This document shows positions 7,970-16,049 of a DNA stretch of 29,001 bases, piece by piece. A program made the translations under genes and the position numbers. The notes under the pieces are model-generated. The model searched no databases and was not told the DNA's origin. It worked only from the letters and a program-made list of their open reading frames with translations. This stretch comes from a virus (taxonomy: Duplodnaviria > Caudoviricetes): positions 1 through 29,001 of IMG/VR virus record IMGVR_UViG_3300038318_000072. The stretch is one strand, 5' to 3'. Positions within the stretch are counted from its first letter, which is position 1. Every line of letters starts with the position of its first letter.

Positions 7970-8105
7970 CAACCAAATGGTAGGGCTTCGGCCTGGGAAA
8001 TTGCCCTGTTCATTGCGGGCCTGACTTGGAGACTTGCCGGGCAATGCGTATGATTGCCAAGGGGTGGGAGCCGGGGGCAGAAATTAGGAGGAGGGGGAAA
8101 CCCAA

Positions 8106-8288
8106 ATGGAGGGACCGTTTGATGTTAAACAGCATTTATGCAAGTGCGGGTGCAAAAATTTCTATGTAATCACGGAGCTATATTTTGATGCGGCTGGATG
8201 CTCTAGCGGAAAAGATGGCTGGCAATTCAAATGTATTAAATGTGGGACCATTTACGATAAAAACGGACAGGAGGGAAAACCCAAATGA
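8106..8288 (+). CDS. 60 aa zinc-ribbon protein
   Basis: CKCG...CIKCG; strong RBS. Confidence 0.65.
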   Translation: MEGPFDVKQHLCKCGCKNFYVITELYFDAAGCSSGKDGWQFKCIKCGTIYDKNGQEGKPK

Positions 8289-8650
8289 TTGACCGGAACT
8301 ATGATATGGAGGAAGTAGTCTTAAGGAAGTTACAATTTAAAATAGGCCGATTGGTTGATAAGGGCTTAATTGCGTCCCTTGACAGCGTTCAATTAGAAAG
8401 TTATTATGAGCATTTTCTTGATGGCATGGTGTATGAGTTACGGTTATTGTTGTTAGGTAAAACAAACCAAGAGGTAAACGTAAAATACCCAAAAGACTGG
8501 TGGCAAGCGGTTAAAGAAAGATTTGCCCCGGAAACATTCTTGAAATGCTGGCCTGTGGAATATACGGAAATAACCTTGCGGGCTACTGAAATATATCCAA
8601 ATATTGCGTTACCCGGCGAAAAGTGCATTGTTCAAGTAGCTAAATTCTAA
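8285..8650 (+). CDS. Hypothetical phage protein
   Basis: 121 aa, ATGA coupling with the upstream gene, YPKDWWQAVKERFAP motif. Confidence 0.7.
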   Translation: MIDRNYDMEEVVLRKLQFKIGRLVDKGLIASLDSVQLESYYEHFLDGMVYELRLLLLGKTNQEVNVKYPKDWWQAVKERFAPETFLKCWPVEYTEITLRATEIYPNIALPGEKCIVQVAKF

Positions 8651-8700
8651 GGAGGGAAAACCCGCGAAGCGATATTTTTGTTTTAAGGTGGTGATGCCCG

Positions 8701-8952
8701 GTGAACAATGATCTTGAAAAGATTGCTTGTGTTCAGCAAGCTATAGAAGATATTTTGGAAGAAGTGAATGAAGGGCATGTGAAGGGAGTTATGTTTCAAA
8801 TAATCTATGATAACGATTGTCACATGACTGGCTCGACAAATAATCTTCTTTATCTCGAAAAACTTGGATTACTTGAATCGGCAAAAATAGATGTACTTGA
8901 AAAAGTTAGGAGCAGTAATGCGGAGGATGGCGATTTGTTAGACGAGGGTTAG
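8701..8952 (+). CDS. Hypothetical acidic protein
   Basis: 83 aa, RBS aaggtggtga, GTG start. Confidence 0.65.
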   Translation: MNNDLEKIACVQQAIEDILEEVNEGHVKGVMFQIIYDNDCHMTGSTNNLLYLEKLGLLESAKIDVLEKVRSSNAEDGDLLDEG

Positions 8953-9084
8953 TTCTTTTCCATGCAGGGCTACATAACTAAAAACATAAATTTGCCCAGG
9001 TATTCACGCAGCAAGGTTTTTACCTCTCCTTTCGCCTTGCTGCACCTGGGCTTTAAAGTTAAAGGGGAGAAGGAGGCACTTTAA

Positions 9085-9231
9085 TTGCAAGAAATCAAAC
9101 TATCACCCGAAGAAGTCCGCGTAATCCAAGAACTGCGCGGGATTGATTGGGGCAAACTGACGGTAATAAAGAAAAACGGCAAGGTAGTAATAATAACACC
9201 TGCGCCGGATATTAAAGTGAGCAAGGACTAA
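9085..9231 (+). CDS. DUF2292/YezD-like small protein
   Basis: RBS aaggagg, TTG start; MQEIKLSPEEVRVIQELRGIDWGKLTVIKKNGKVVIITPAPDIKVSKD (LR.I.(F/W)G.v.i...dG.v pattern). Confidence 0.65.
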   Translation: MQEIKLSPEEVRVIQELRGIDWGKLTVIKKNGKVVIITPAPDIKVSKD

Positions 9232-9252
9232 CCAAAAAACGGGGAGGTAAAC

Positions 9253-9732
9253 ATGATAAAGCATTTAAAGTATCTAAAATATGTTATTCGGCATAAATGG
9301 TATGTTTTTATTGAATGTTGCAAATTAGGCATACCGTGGCGCGGGATAGTTCACGACATGAGCAAACTTAAACCTGCTGAATGGTTGCCTTATGTTAATC
9401 ATTTTTATGGCGACAAGCCTTCGCCTAGAGATAAAACAGGTGCCTATAATCCATTGTTAGTTAGAGGGGATTTTGATTATGCTTGGTTGTCGCACCAACA
9501 TAATAACCCGCACCATTGGCAGTATTGGATACTTCGGGGTGATGCAGGATGGACTAAAGTAATGCCAATGCCAGATAAGTATATAAGAGAAATGGTTGCA
9601 GATTGGCAAGGCGCAGGCAAAGCGATAACTGGCAAAAATGATGCAACGGATTGGTATAAAGCCAATAAAAGTAAAATGGAGTTACACCAAACAACTATAA
9701 CAAGGGTAGAGGAGTTACTAGGAATTAAATAA
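9253..9732 (+). CDS. DUF5662-like HD-type protein
   Basis: RHKWYV...HDMSK...AWLSHQHNNPHHWQYW...EMVADW. Confidence 0.75.
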   Translation: MIKHLKYLKYVIRHKWYVFIECCKLGIPWRGIVHDMSKLKPAEWLPYVNHFYGDKPSPRDKTGAYNPLLVRGDFDYAWLSHQHNNPHHWQYWILRGDAGWTKVMPMPDKYIREMVADWQGAGKAITGKNDATDWYKANKSKMELHQTTITRVEELLGIK

Positions 9733-9753
9733 CTTGAATTTACTTCAACCAGG

Positions 9754-9813
9754 AAAACCGGGGAAGTAGGGATTAAGCAGGATTCTGCTAGTCTCTATTT
9801 CTCCGGTTTTTTT
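9754..9813 (+). terminator. Long imperfect hairpin plus T run (terminator/attenuator)
   Basis: aaaaccggggaagtagggattaagcag-gatt-ctgctagtctctatttctccggttttttt. Confidence 0.7.
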
Positions 9814-9951
9814 GTTTTCTGACTACTGCGCCCCGTCTTTGGGGCTTATTCTATGCCCGTTTAGGGTTAAACACCTACTTTGTAGCGCAAAGGCCGGATG
9901 TCGCTACCCGGCGAGTACCTAACCAAGTTTACTGTGAGGAGGTGACGTGTA

Positions 9952-10092
9952 ATGGCAGGACAAAACAACGGTAATGTACCCAAAATGCCAGTAAAAGGGA
10001 TTCAGTCTTATGGCTCCGCAACTGGCAAGCCTGCGGAAACAGGCAAAGTGATTTACGGCTCAGATTTAAGAGACGGTAAAAAAGGCAAATAG
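9952..10092 (+). CDS. 46 aa basic peptide upstream of scaffold
   Basis: RBS gaggaggtga; MAGQNNGNVPKMPVKGIQSYGSATGKPAETGKVIYGSDLRDGKKGK*. Confidence 0.65.
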   Translation: MAGQNNGNVPKMPVKGIQSYGSATGKPAETGKVIYGSDLRDGKKGK

Positions 10093-10149
10093 CCACAAAT
10101 TCGCATGGGATAGCGCAAAAATCCATTTATTTTTAGGAGGTATAAAACC

Positions 10150-11271
10150 ATGATAGAACGCGCAAAAGTAACGGAAATCGCGGAACCGTTGAGGTTTGAC
10201 TTGCAATTATTCGCTGAGGGCGAAGGAGGAGGCGCACCTGCTGGTGATACCGGCGATAGTGTGAGCAATACTACTTCTTCGGTAATCCCCGGTGACGACT
10301 ATGCCAGTGGTGGCCCGGAACCCCCGGAGAACCAACCGGCAGAACTTATAGACTTTGAAAACTTTGATTTCAACAACCCGGAGGGAGAAGAAGAACCCCC
10401 GGCAAGTGATGAACCGATAAACGAACTGGTAAGTGAGCCCGAGGATGAACCAATAGATGAAGTACCCGAACCCGTAAAAAAAGAGCAATCCCCCGAAGCT
10501 AACGCTGCATTTGCAGAAATGCGAAGAAAAGCAGAAGAGGCAGAAAAGGCACTAAAAGAGCGTGACGCTTGGGTAGAGCAGACTTTTGGCAACCAGGGTA
10601 TAACGAGTTGGCAACAGTATCAAGCTGCCATAGAAGAAGGTAGGAGACAGCAGGAGCTTGCTAGGCAACAGGAGTTACAGCAAAGGCCACAACAGGTATA
10701 CCAGCAGACTTACCAAGAGTTTATCGAGCAGGGCTATGATCAACAAATAGCCCATAGATTAGCCCAGACTGAGGCTAATACAGTAGCGCAGGCGTTAGAA
10801 GTGCAGACTATGAAAGAGCAAATGACAGCCCTTGAACGTCAACGCCAAGAGGCAGCGCAGCGCGAGCAGGAGAAACAGCAACAGCAACAGCAAGAAGCGG
10901 CAAAAGAGAAGATGGTAAACGAGCTACTAAGCGATCACAAAAAACTGCAAGAAGAATATGCCGACTTAGTACCTGCTGATTTAAACCAGCTAGATACCGC
11001 AACAGTTGAGCGATTACAGCGCGGCTATAGCTTATACGATGCCTGGTTTTTATCCAACCGCGCCAAGATTGTAGAGCAGAAACAAAAGGCTGCGTCGCAA
11101 AAGACTTTAAACAACCTTAACAGTAAATCTCATTTAAAAACCGAGAGTGATGGCGCAGGGGAATCAAGTGCAAGTGCAATACCATTGCCGCCTGATACTC
11201 TGCAAATGTATTTAGATTCTGGCATGACTGAAAAGCAGGCCAGGTCGTTTCACAAAAAACTATATGGATAG
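10150..11271 (+). CDS. Capsid scaffolding protein
   Basis: N-terminal LRFDLQLFAEG motif, acidic low-complexity region, coiled coils, located before the capsid genes. Confidence 0.8.
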   Translation: MIERAKVTEIAEPLRFDLQLFAEGEGGGAPAGDTGDSVSNTTSSVIPGDDYASGGPEPPENQPAELIDFENFDFNNPEGEEEPPASDEPINELVSEPEDEPIDEVPEPVKKEQSPEANAAFAEMRRKAEEAEKALKERDAWVEQTFGNQGITSWQQYQAAIEEGRRQQELARQQELQQRPQQVYQQTYQEFIEQGYDQQIAHRLAQTEANTVAQALEVQTMKEQMTALERQRQEAAQREQEKQQQQQQEAAKEKMVNELLSDHKKLQEEYADLVPADLNQLDTATVERLQRGYSLYDAWFLSNRAKIVEQKQKAASQKTLNNLNSKSHLKTESDGAGESSASAIPLPPDTLQMYLDSGMTEKQARSFHKKLYG

Positions 11272-11282
11272 GAGATGAAAAG

Positions 11283-11687
11283 ATGTTTGTACTTGAAAGC
11301 ACTTATGATGGTGCAGGAACTATAGTCGAGGTTAAGCCTTTGACCGATAATGAGGCTGCGGCCGTTGGCGAAGGCTTTAAGTTTTCCAGCGGAAAGCTGA
11401 CTAAGGCTTCGGTTTCCGACAAACCTGCTTATATCGGTATTCAGAAGGTGGCTGCGGGAACCAATAAAACCGTTGAAGCTATTTCCGTTCGCCAGGACCA
11501 GGTATGGTTAGCGGATTATGTTACTGCTTCTACTAACACCCCAGCGGTTGGTGCAACACACTGCATAGATGCAAACGGCCTCAAGGTTGACGCTGATAAA
11601 ACGAAAGATACCAGCGAGGTAGCCGGAAAGGCAACCATTATTTCGGTGGATACTGCCAAAAAGAAATGCCGGGTTAAATTCGAGTAG
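11283..11687 (+). CDS. Probable capsid decoration/cement protein
   Basis: 134 aa, beta-rich, between scaffold and MCP. Confidence 0.6.
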   Translation: MFVLESTYDGAGTIVEVKPLTDNEAAAVGEGFKFSSGKLTKASVSDKPAYIGIQKVAAGTNKTVEAISVRQDQVWLADYVTASTNTPAVGATHCIDANGLKVDADKTKDTSEVAGKATIISVDTAKKKCRVKFE

Positions 11688-11720
11688 TCCCGGCCAAGTA
11701 ACTAAATAACCTGCACAGAT

Positions 11721-11746
11721 GGAGCTTTGAAGGAGGCTCTTTTTTT
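11721..11746 (+). terminator. Intrinsic terminator upstream of MCP
   Basis: ggagcttt-gaag-gaggctct followed by a T run. Confidence 0.65.
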
Positions 11747-11777
11747 GTGCCCAAAATTTGAGAGGAAGTGAAACATA

Positions 11778-12719
11778 GTGATTGTAACTGCAACTGCGGG
11801 GAAAATAGATTCAGCGATAGGTCGCCTGGAAGGACCATTGCTCGCGTACATGATTAAAGAGGAGGCCGACTTCGCAAAAGATAGCATTAAAAACAAACTA
11901 TATAATGTGCGGAAGTCCAAACACTATAGCGAATCATTCGCAGGTTTAACTGGTATTGGGCCTTTTGTACCTACAGATGGTGCGATTCCCTACGAGAGCC
12001 TGGAAGAAGGTTATACTAAGCAGATGATTCATACCGTGTTCAAGAAAGGTATAGAAATCAAACGGGAATTAATTGACGACAGCCGGGTTATAGACATGGA
12101 GAGTTTAGCTGGTGAATTAATTGATTCATGGAACATGACCCAGGAAGAATTGCTACATGCACCGTTTAACAACTGCGCTGCTACAACTTTTACTTTTGGT
12201 GGCAAAACTTTTGATATTAGTACGGCAGACGGCCAGGCATTAGCATCTAATGCTCACCCGTCTAAGACTGGCAAAGGCAGCGACCAGGACAACTATACCA
12301 CTAACGCCTTTAGTATAGCCAACTTAAAGACTGCCGAGGACATGATGGCGGCCATAAAAACCGATGTAGGCAACAAAGGTAACGTAAAGGGTGATACCAT
12401 TTTTGCCAGCTACAGCCTGAGAAATGAGATTTGGGAGGCTGTACATTCTCTGGGCAAGGTAAACTCCGGCGACAACAACGTAAACCCGTATAAGGACAAA
12501 TTCAATGTCATTATTTCCGATTGGCTAGATGATGGAAAGTGGTTTCTTATAGATAGCCGTGTTCTCCGGCGCAACCTATACTTCCTAGAAAGAAAGCCGC
12601 TTGAAGTTAAGTCACAAATTGACTTTAATACCGATAATTGGCAAATAAAAGCCTACGCCCGTAACAGCTTAGGATTTAAGTCCTGGGAGGCTATTGTTTG
12701 CAACGTGCCAAGTGCCTAG
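11778..12719 (+). CDS. Major capsid protein (HK97 fold, Mu gpT-like)
   Basis: 313 aa; KGIEIKRELIDD, ADGQALASNAHP, NNVNPY, WLDDGKWFLID, ARNSLGFKSW. Confidence 0.85.
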   Translation: MIVTATAGKIDSAIGRLEGPLLAYMIKEEADFAKDSIKNKLYNVRKSKHYSESFAGLTGIGPFVPTDGAIPYESLEEGYTKQMIHTVFKKGIEIKRELIDDSRVIDMESLAGELIDSWNMTQEELLHAPFNNCAATTFTFGGKTFDISTADGQALASNAHPSKTGKGSDQDNYTTNAFSIANLKTAEDMMAAIKTDVGNKGNVKGDTIFASYSLRNEIWEAVHSLGKVNSGDNNVNPYKDKFNVIISDWLDDGKWFLIDSRVLRRNLYFLERKPLEVKSQIDFNTDNWQIKAYARNSLGFKSWEAIVCNVPSA

Positions 12720-12727
12720 TAACTTTG

Positions 12728-12756
12728 TTGTAACGGTAATTTAATCATGGTATAAT
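12728..12756 (+). promoter_or_regulatory. SigA-type promoter for the HNH gene
   Basis: TTGTAA (12728-33), 17 bp spacer, TG at 12748-49, TATAAT (12751-56). Confidence 0.8.
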
Positions 12757-12832
12757 TATTATGTGAGGGCACCGGGAGTAGCTACCCGGTTAAAACAGGC
12801 TTCCCACCTGGCCTTCACATAATAAAATGGGA
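12756..12832 (+). promoter_or_regulatory. Structured 5' leader (three-way junction with possible pseudoknot)
   Basis: ttattatgtgagggc/gccttcacataataa closes accggg-agtagcta-cccggt and cagg-cttccca-cctg. Loop TCCCA is complementary to TGGGA at 12828-32. Confidence 0.6.
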
Positions 12833-12857
12833 TTAATACTAGGGAGGTATTTTTTTC

Positions 12858-13763
12858 ATGCCAAATTATTTATCCAAAACATCTGATGCAATGGTTTGCC
12901 AAGTCTGCGGCAAAGAGTTTAATGGTAGCAAGAGATTTAAGTATTGCAGCAAAGAATGTAATCAAAAGGCGCGAAATGCGAGGAGAAGTCCCAAACATAC
13001 ACGCAACTGCTTGTTTTGCGGCAAAGAGTTTATAACTGGCAGATCGGATCAAGTTTATTGTGAAAGAGCCTGTAAAAAGAAAGCTAGTTATAGAAGGAAT
13101 AAGGAAAATGCAAATGCTACTACTCGTAGACACTACCAAAACAACAAGGAAAGGTATGCTGAATTAGGCAAGAAGTATCGGGAAGAAAATAAGGATAAGA
13201 TACGGGAAAGTGATCGCAAATATCGGAAAAACAATCGCGAGGAATTATTGGCTAAAAAGCGGGCATACCATTATCGCATGAAGGATGACCCGGAATATCA
13301 GGAAAGGCGAAGGTTATCGGCTATAGCCACAATGAGTAGGCCCGGATATGCAGAACAATGCAGGAAAAGATATAGGGAATATATCCGAACCCCGGAAGGC
13401 AGGGAAAAGGCTAGGATTGCTTGTGTTAGGCGCAGGACACTTCAGAAGAAAGCCATAGCAACTCTAACCCTTAAAGAATGGGAGAAGTGCCTAAAATACT
13501 TCGACCACAAGGACGCCTACACCGGCCTACCTATGGACATTGTTAGCCAAGATCACGTTATACCCGTAAGCAAGGGTGGGGGGTATACCATGTCAAATAT
13601 CGTGCCTTGCGAAAGAGACATTAATTGCTCGAAAAGTGCAAAAGATATATTTGAATGGTATACACCCGATCAACCCTTTTATTCAGAAGCCCGCTTGCGT
13701 AAAATCCTTAAATGGACGGGGCTAAAACCAGATTCAGAAGTCCAACAACTACCAATGTTTTAA
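12858..13763 (+). CDS. HNH endonuclease with two N-terminal Zn-finger repeats
   Basis: CQVCG..YCSKEC and CLFCG..YCERAC, basic helical middle, DHVIPVSKGG...SNIVPC....N.SK. Confidence 0.85.
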   Translation: MPNYLSKTSDAMVCQVCGKEFNGSKRFKYCSKECNQKARNARRSPKHTRNCLFCGKEFITGRSDQVYCERACKKKASYRRNKENANATTRRHYQNNKERYAELGKKYREENKDKIRESDRKYRKNNREELLAKKRAYHYRMKDDPEYQERRRLSAIATMSRPGYAEQCRKRYREYIRTPEGREKARIACVRRRTLQKKAIATLTLKEWEKCLKYFDHKDAYTGLPMDIVSQDHVIPVSKGGGYTMSNIVPCERDINCSKSAKDIFEWYTPDQPFYSEARLRKILKWTGLKPDSEVQQLPMF

Positions 13764-13765
13764 CC

Positions 13766-13788
13766 AGCACCCAACAGGGTGCTTTTTT
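13766..13788 (+). terminator. Intrinsic terminator
   Basis: agcaccc-aaca-gggtgct followed by a T run. Confidence 0.8.
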
Positions 13789-13808
13789 ATTTATAGGAGG
13801 TGACTCTA

Positions 13809-14180
13809 TTGCTCCATACTGCTGATGGTTTAGGTAATCAGGTGGAGGTAGTAACCCTTACTGATACCCAAACGCTAACTAATAAAGAAATAATCCCGAT
13901 TGTTGCTACTCACGACTATGGCACCGGCCATGCTGATTGGACACTTACCGCAACCGAGCAAAAAGCTACTGTTTTAAGCCTGGCAGGTAAAACTGATGTA
14001 ACCGGGGCGGGGATTATAGCAACACCGACAAATGGCAAAGTATTCGTTGTTATTAATGCAACGGCCCAGGCCATAACTATCAAAGCGGCTGGCAAAACCG
14101 GCATAGATGTGGCCACTACCAAAACCGCCATAGTCATGGGCAACGGTACTGATTTTGTACGATTGACGGCTGATGCTTAG
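13809..14180 (+). CDS. Probable virion structural (head fibre/decoration) protein
   Basis: RBS ggaggtga then TTG; Thr/Ala-rich; TQTLTNK fibre-type motif. Confidence 0.55.
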   Translation: MLHTADGLGNQVEVVTLTDTQTLTNKEIIPIVATHDYGTGHADWTLTATEQKATVLSLAGKTDVTGAGIIATPTNGKVFVVINATAQAITIKAAGKTGIDVATTKTAIVMGNGTDFVRLTADA

Positions 14181-14184
14181 AACT

Positions 14185-14207
14185 GGGGGCTATTAAGCCC
14201 CCTTTTT
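14185..14207 (+). terminator. Intrinsic terminator
   Basis: gggggct-atta-agccccc-ttttt. Confidence 0.75.
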
Positions 14208-14223
14208 CATTAGGAGGAAAACC

Positions 14224-14496
14224 ATGCTAAAAAGAGACGATGTAATTCTTAATAACAGCGATACAAAGATACTTTGGGCTATATATGAAACCTTGCAGGA
14301 AATAAAGTCCATGCTTCAAGTGCCTGCAACAGCTGAGCAGACACAAGAAAGCAAGGCTGAAACTTCCCTGGAAGGTTTAAAGCGTAATGACCTAATGGCC
14401 TTAGTTAAGGCATTACCAGCAGACAAAAAGCCGGAAAGCTGGAGTAAGCTCAGCAACAAAGAACTAATCAACCTTTTAAGGAAAGAAGGTGCATAA
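14224..14496 (+). CDS. Hypothetical protein with C-terminal helix-extension-helix (Rho-N/HeH-like) motif
   Basis: LEGLKRNDLMALVK...WSKLSNKELINLL; typical position after the capsid genes. Confidence 0.55.
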   Translation: MLKRDDVILNNSDTKILWAIYETLQEIKSMLQVPATAEQTQESKAETSLEGLKRNDLMALVKALPADKKPESWSKLSNKELINLLRKEGA

Positions 14497-14497
14497 A

Positions 14498-14770
14498 TTG
14501 AGAAGTACCTATATAGCACAAAAAGTAGAGGTAAAAACGGCAGTAAAGGGGACTGCGGTAGATATTGCCGTTGCAGGCAGACCCTTTATGATAGCCAATA
14601 CTGGCGTACAACCGTTATATATCAACCCTGCGGAAACTGCTACCACGAGTAACGGATTTCTAATACCTGCAGGAACTGTACTGCCTATCAAAATGGCGGT
14701 AAGTGGCAACCTGTCCGTAATATCCAATGCTACCGGGACTGATGTTGCGGTACTGTATTTTGATGTTTAG
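14498..14770 (+). CDS. Small beta-rich virion protein
   Basis: IANTGVQPLYI...NGFLIPAG; probable TTG start (ORF track gives 14489). Confidence 0.55.
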   Translation: MRSTYIAQKVEVKTAVKGTAVDIAVAGRPFMIANTGVQPLYINPAETATTSNGFLIPAGTVLPIKMAVSGNLSVISNATGTDVAVLYFDV

Positions 14771-14788
14771 GAAGGGGGTGCTTTCCCC

Positions 14789-15727
14789 ATGAATTACGGC
14801 GTATTACAAAACCATGTTTTGCAGTTGCTTAACAAGTATAGCACCCGTGGCAAAGAACTAGCCCCTTCTAAAACGGCTGACATTCGCCTTAAAATTGAGA
14901 GCTTTATAAACACTGAACTAATGGATTTAGCCACCACCACGGGCAAGCTAAGGGCCAGTAAGTCTTATGTAGTTAAGCCAGTTTACAACGAGTTAAGCCG
15001 AGATACTTCGAGCATTAAAAGCCACTTACCGGGCCAGGATTTCGCTATCGAATTAACCGGGGCGAAGTCTTACTTCTTTGAAGTACAAGGCCCGGCAACG
15101 GTTACGATTGACGAGAATGTAAATGGCTTATGGGCAAACTTAGAGACTGTTGAAATTACCGAAACTAAACCGGAGTTTACCGAATATAAAGGACTTATTA
15201 ACCCTGCGAGTGATACCAACCGGGTAAGGCTTAACTTCTCCGGCGATTATGTTTACAACTATCGTTACTATATCCTATATCCTTATTCATTCCCTGCCGT
15301 AGAGGACGTACAGCAACACAGACCGCACTTCTTGTTTGACCTACCAGATGATTATTTAGACATTGAAAATGTAATGATACGGCGTGACAAAATGCAGTGG
15401 GTACCTAATATTAATCATATTTTGGACATTGCTAATCACAAAATCGGGCTTAACCGCCACCAAGAGGGCGAGGTAATTTTAAACTATTATCGCAAACCGG
15501 TGTTAATAGCCCTTACCGGCGTTGAAGAAGTGGACGATTTACAGGATATAGATGCTACACCTGATGGTGCTTATGCTCTTGCATTAGGAGTAGCTAGTTT
15601 AGTAACAGCTAAAAACGATCCGGCTACTAGTGCTTACTTAAACAACCTATACGAAGTTAAAAAGGCTAACATGCTTGACAATGAGAGTAATTACACGCAA
15701 GCCATTATCTCAGTGAATGGATGGTGA
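14789..15727 (+). CDS. Head-tail adaptor (podovirus type)
   Basis: Helical N- and C-termini, FDLPDDY...LNYYRKP pattern, upstream of the nozzle. Confidence 0.65.
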   Translation: MNYGVLQNHVLQLLNKYSTRGKELAPSKTADIRLKIESFINTELMDLATTTGKLRASKSYVVKPVYNELSRDTSSIKSHLPGQDFAIELTGAKSYFFEVQGPATVTIDENVNGLWANLETVEITETKPEFTEYKGLINPASDTNRVRLNFSGDYVYNYRYYILYPYSFPAVEDVQQHRPHFLFDLPDDYLDIENVMIRRDKMQWVPNINHILDIANHKIGLNRHQEGEVILNYYRKPVLIALTGVEEVDDLQDIDATPDGAYALALGVASLVTAKNDPATSAYLNNLYEVKKANMLDNESNYTQAIISVNGW

Positions 15728-15731
15728 TTCT

Positions 15732-16049
15732 ATGGCATACAAACCTAAAATAATTAAGCCTGTAAAGCCACGCAAGTTAGAAAGCTATGCATTCCCCAAC
15801 GGTAATAACGGCGGCATGAATTGTGCTGTACCTGCTGACCGGATAAGGCAAGACCAGTCCCCGGATATGCTGAATATGGGGTATAGGCGAGGGACTTTAG
15901 AAAAGAGATATGGATTTGCATTAAGCAGTACATTCCCCGGCGGTAAACCGATTCGGGGAATTTTTTATTTTGAAAAACCAGATGGTAGCGTAGCTATGCT
16001 GACCGCTACTGATGGGAAAGTATTTGAGGAGGTTTTTGATAATGTCTAA
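15732..16049 (+). CDS. N-terminal portion of tail nozzle/stabilisation protein
   Basis: GGMN...QSPDMLNM...LEKRYG...IRGIFYF resembles the start of podovirus nozzle beta-propellers, but the ORF is only ~105 aa. Confidence 0.6.
   Translation: MAYKPKIIKPVKPRKLESYAFPNGNNGGMNCAVPADRIRQDQSPDMLNMGYRRGTLEKRYGFALSSTFPGGKPIRGIFYFEKPDGSVAMLTATDGKVFEEVFDNV

Noticed and set aside
12858-13763. cos-packaging-associated HNH or IscB/HEARO-type RNA-guided nuclease
   Set aside because: It is not next to the terminase, has no RuvC or PLMP motifs, and the leader is much shorter than known guide scaffolds.
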